Shown here: one piece after another, positions 31,014 to 31,444 of the stretch
Layout: the number at the start of each line of letters is the position of its first letter
Position numbering within the stretch: the first letter of the stretch is position 1
Virus record (IMG/VR): IMGVR_UViG_3300040985_000395
Coordinates: 1 to 31,444 of that record
From: a virus
Taxonomy: Duplodnaviria > Caudoviricetes
DNA: 31,444 nt
Strand: one strand, 5' to 3'
Made by a program: the position numbers and the translations under genes
Notes under the pieces: model-generated
Told to the model about the DNA's origin: nothing
Seen by the model: only the letters and a program-made list of their open reading frames with translations
The model's database searches: none

Positions 31014-31442
31014 AATCGAAAGGCCACGGTGGTTGCCGCGTTGCGGTCTACGGGGAACAGGTAGGAAATGGGATAGCCAAACGCATCAAGCAGGTGCCCC
31101 ATGTCCTTCTGCACTTGCTTGTTCTTGTCGGTGTGCGTGTAGCCCAACAAATAAGCGCGCATTTTACGGCATTGGGGGCTGATGGTCACGCGCCCATGCC
31201 GCATGGCACCGTTGACTGCGTTGATGCGGTCCACGATCTGCGGGTTAGCGCGGCGGGCGCAGATGGTGAAACCGGCCTCGCGCAGGTATCCGAACGCGCT
31301 TTTGCCGCCGGCACCAGCGTGCTGCCGGTTCTGCCCGCTGGCGTCTGGGTAGATGCGGCGCACGGTGGGGTATGTCTGCTTGATGAACTGCGCCGCCTGC
31401 TCTGCGTCACAGTTGGGCAGCTCGTGCTCACCAATGACATGC
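31010..31442 (-). CDS. terL: Terminase large subunit, C-terminal nuclease part
   Basis: IYPDASG, NPQIVDRINAVN and HLLDAFGY; in frame with 979-2 through the terminal repeat. Confidence 0.92.
   Translation of the reverse strand, partial: HVIGEHELPNCDAEQAAQFIKQTYPTVRRIYPDASGQNRQHAGAGGKSAFGYLREAGFTICARRANPQIVDRINAVNGAMRHGRVTISPQCRKMRAYLLGYTHTDKNKQVQKDMGHLLDAFGYPISYLFPVDRNAATTVAFRL
31347..31442. repeat. Terminal direct repeat, copy 2
   Basis: Identical to positions 3-98. Confidence 0.95.
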
Positions 31443-31444
31443 CT

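Overview
The window is an apparently complete, circularly assembled genome of a tailed dsDNA phage (siphovirus morphotype) with a high-GC, probably diderm host. Bases 3-98 are repeated exactly at 31347-31442, giving a unit length of 31,344 bp, and the terminase large-subunit gene reads in frame across that junction. Most genes are on the minus strand, in this order: TerS, TerL, DUF4055-type portal, SPP1 gp7/Mu F minor head, scaffold, P22-coat-type major capsid, head-tail joining genes, tail tube, frameshifted tail chaperones, short tape measure, a GTA-like tail tip (DUF2460, DUF2163/BR0599, NlpC/P60, tip attachment protein), fibres, and a lysis-like block with no recognisable endolysin. A divergent early region encodes a Cro-like HTH, a winged-HTH protein, RusA, ERF, an SNF2 helicase-N4/N6 methyltransferase fusion, a C5 methyltransferase with an overlapping alternative-frame partner, and a stand-alone DnaA domain IV protein. 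I recognised no integrase, DNA polymerase or primase. Most unusual features: (1) a head-tail adaptor fused to about 745 aa of tandem SGNH/SASA esterase-like domains; (2) a structured capsid mRNA leader whose Shine-Dalgarno is bridged to a TTG start by a hairpin; (3) a tRNA-like cloverleaf with an 8-nt anticodon loop; (4) a DnaA-box-like palindrome in front of the mini-DnaA gene. All family calls come from motif recognition by eye; no database search was run.
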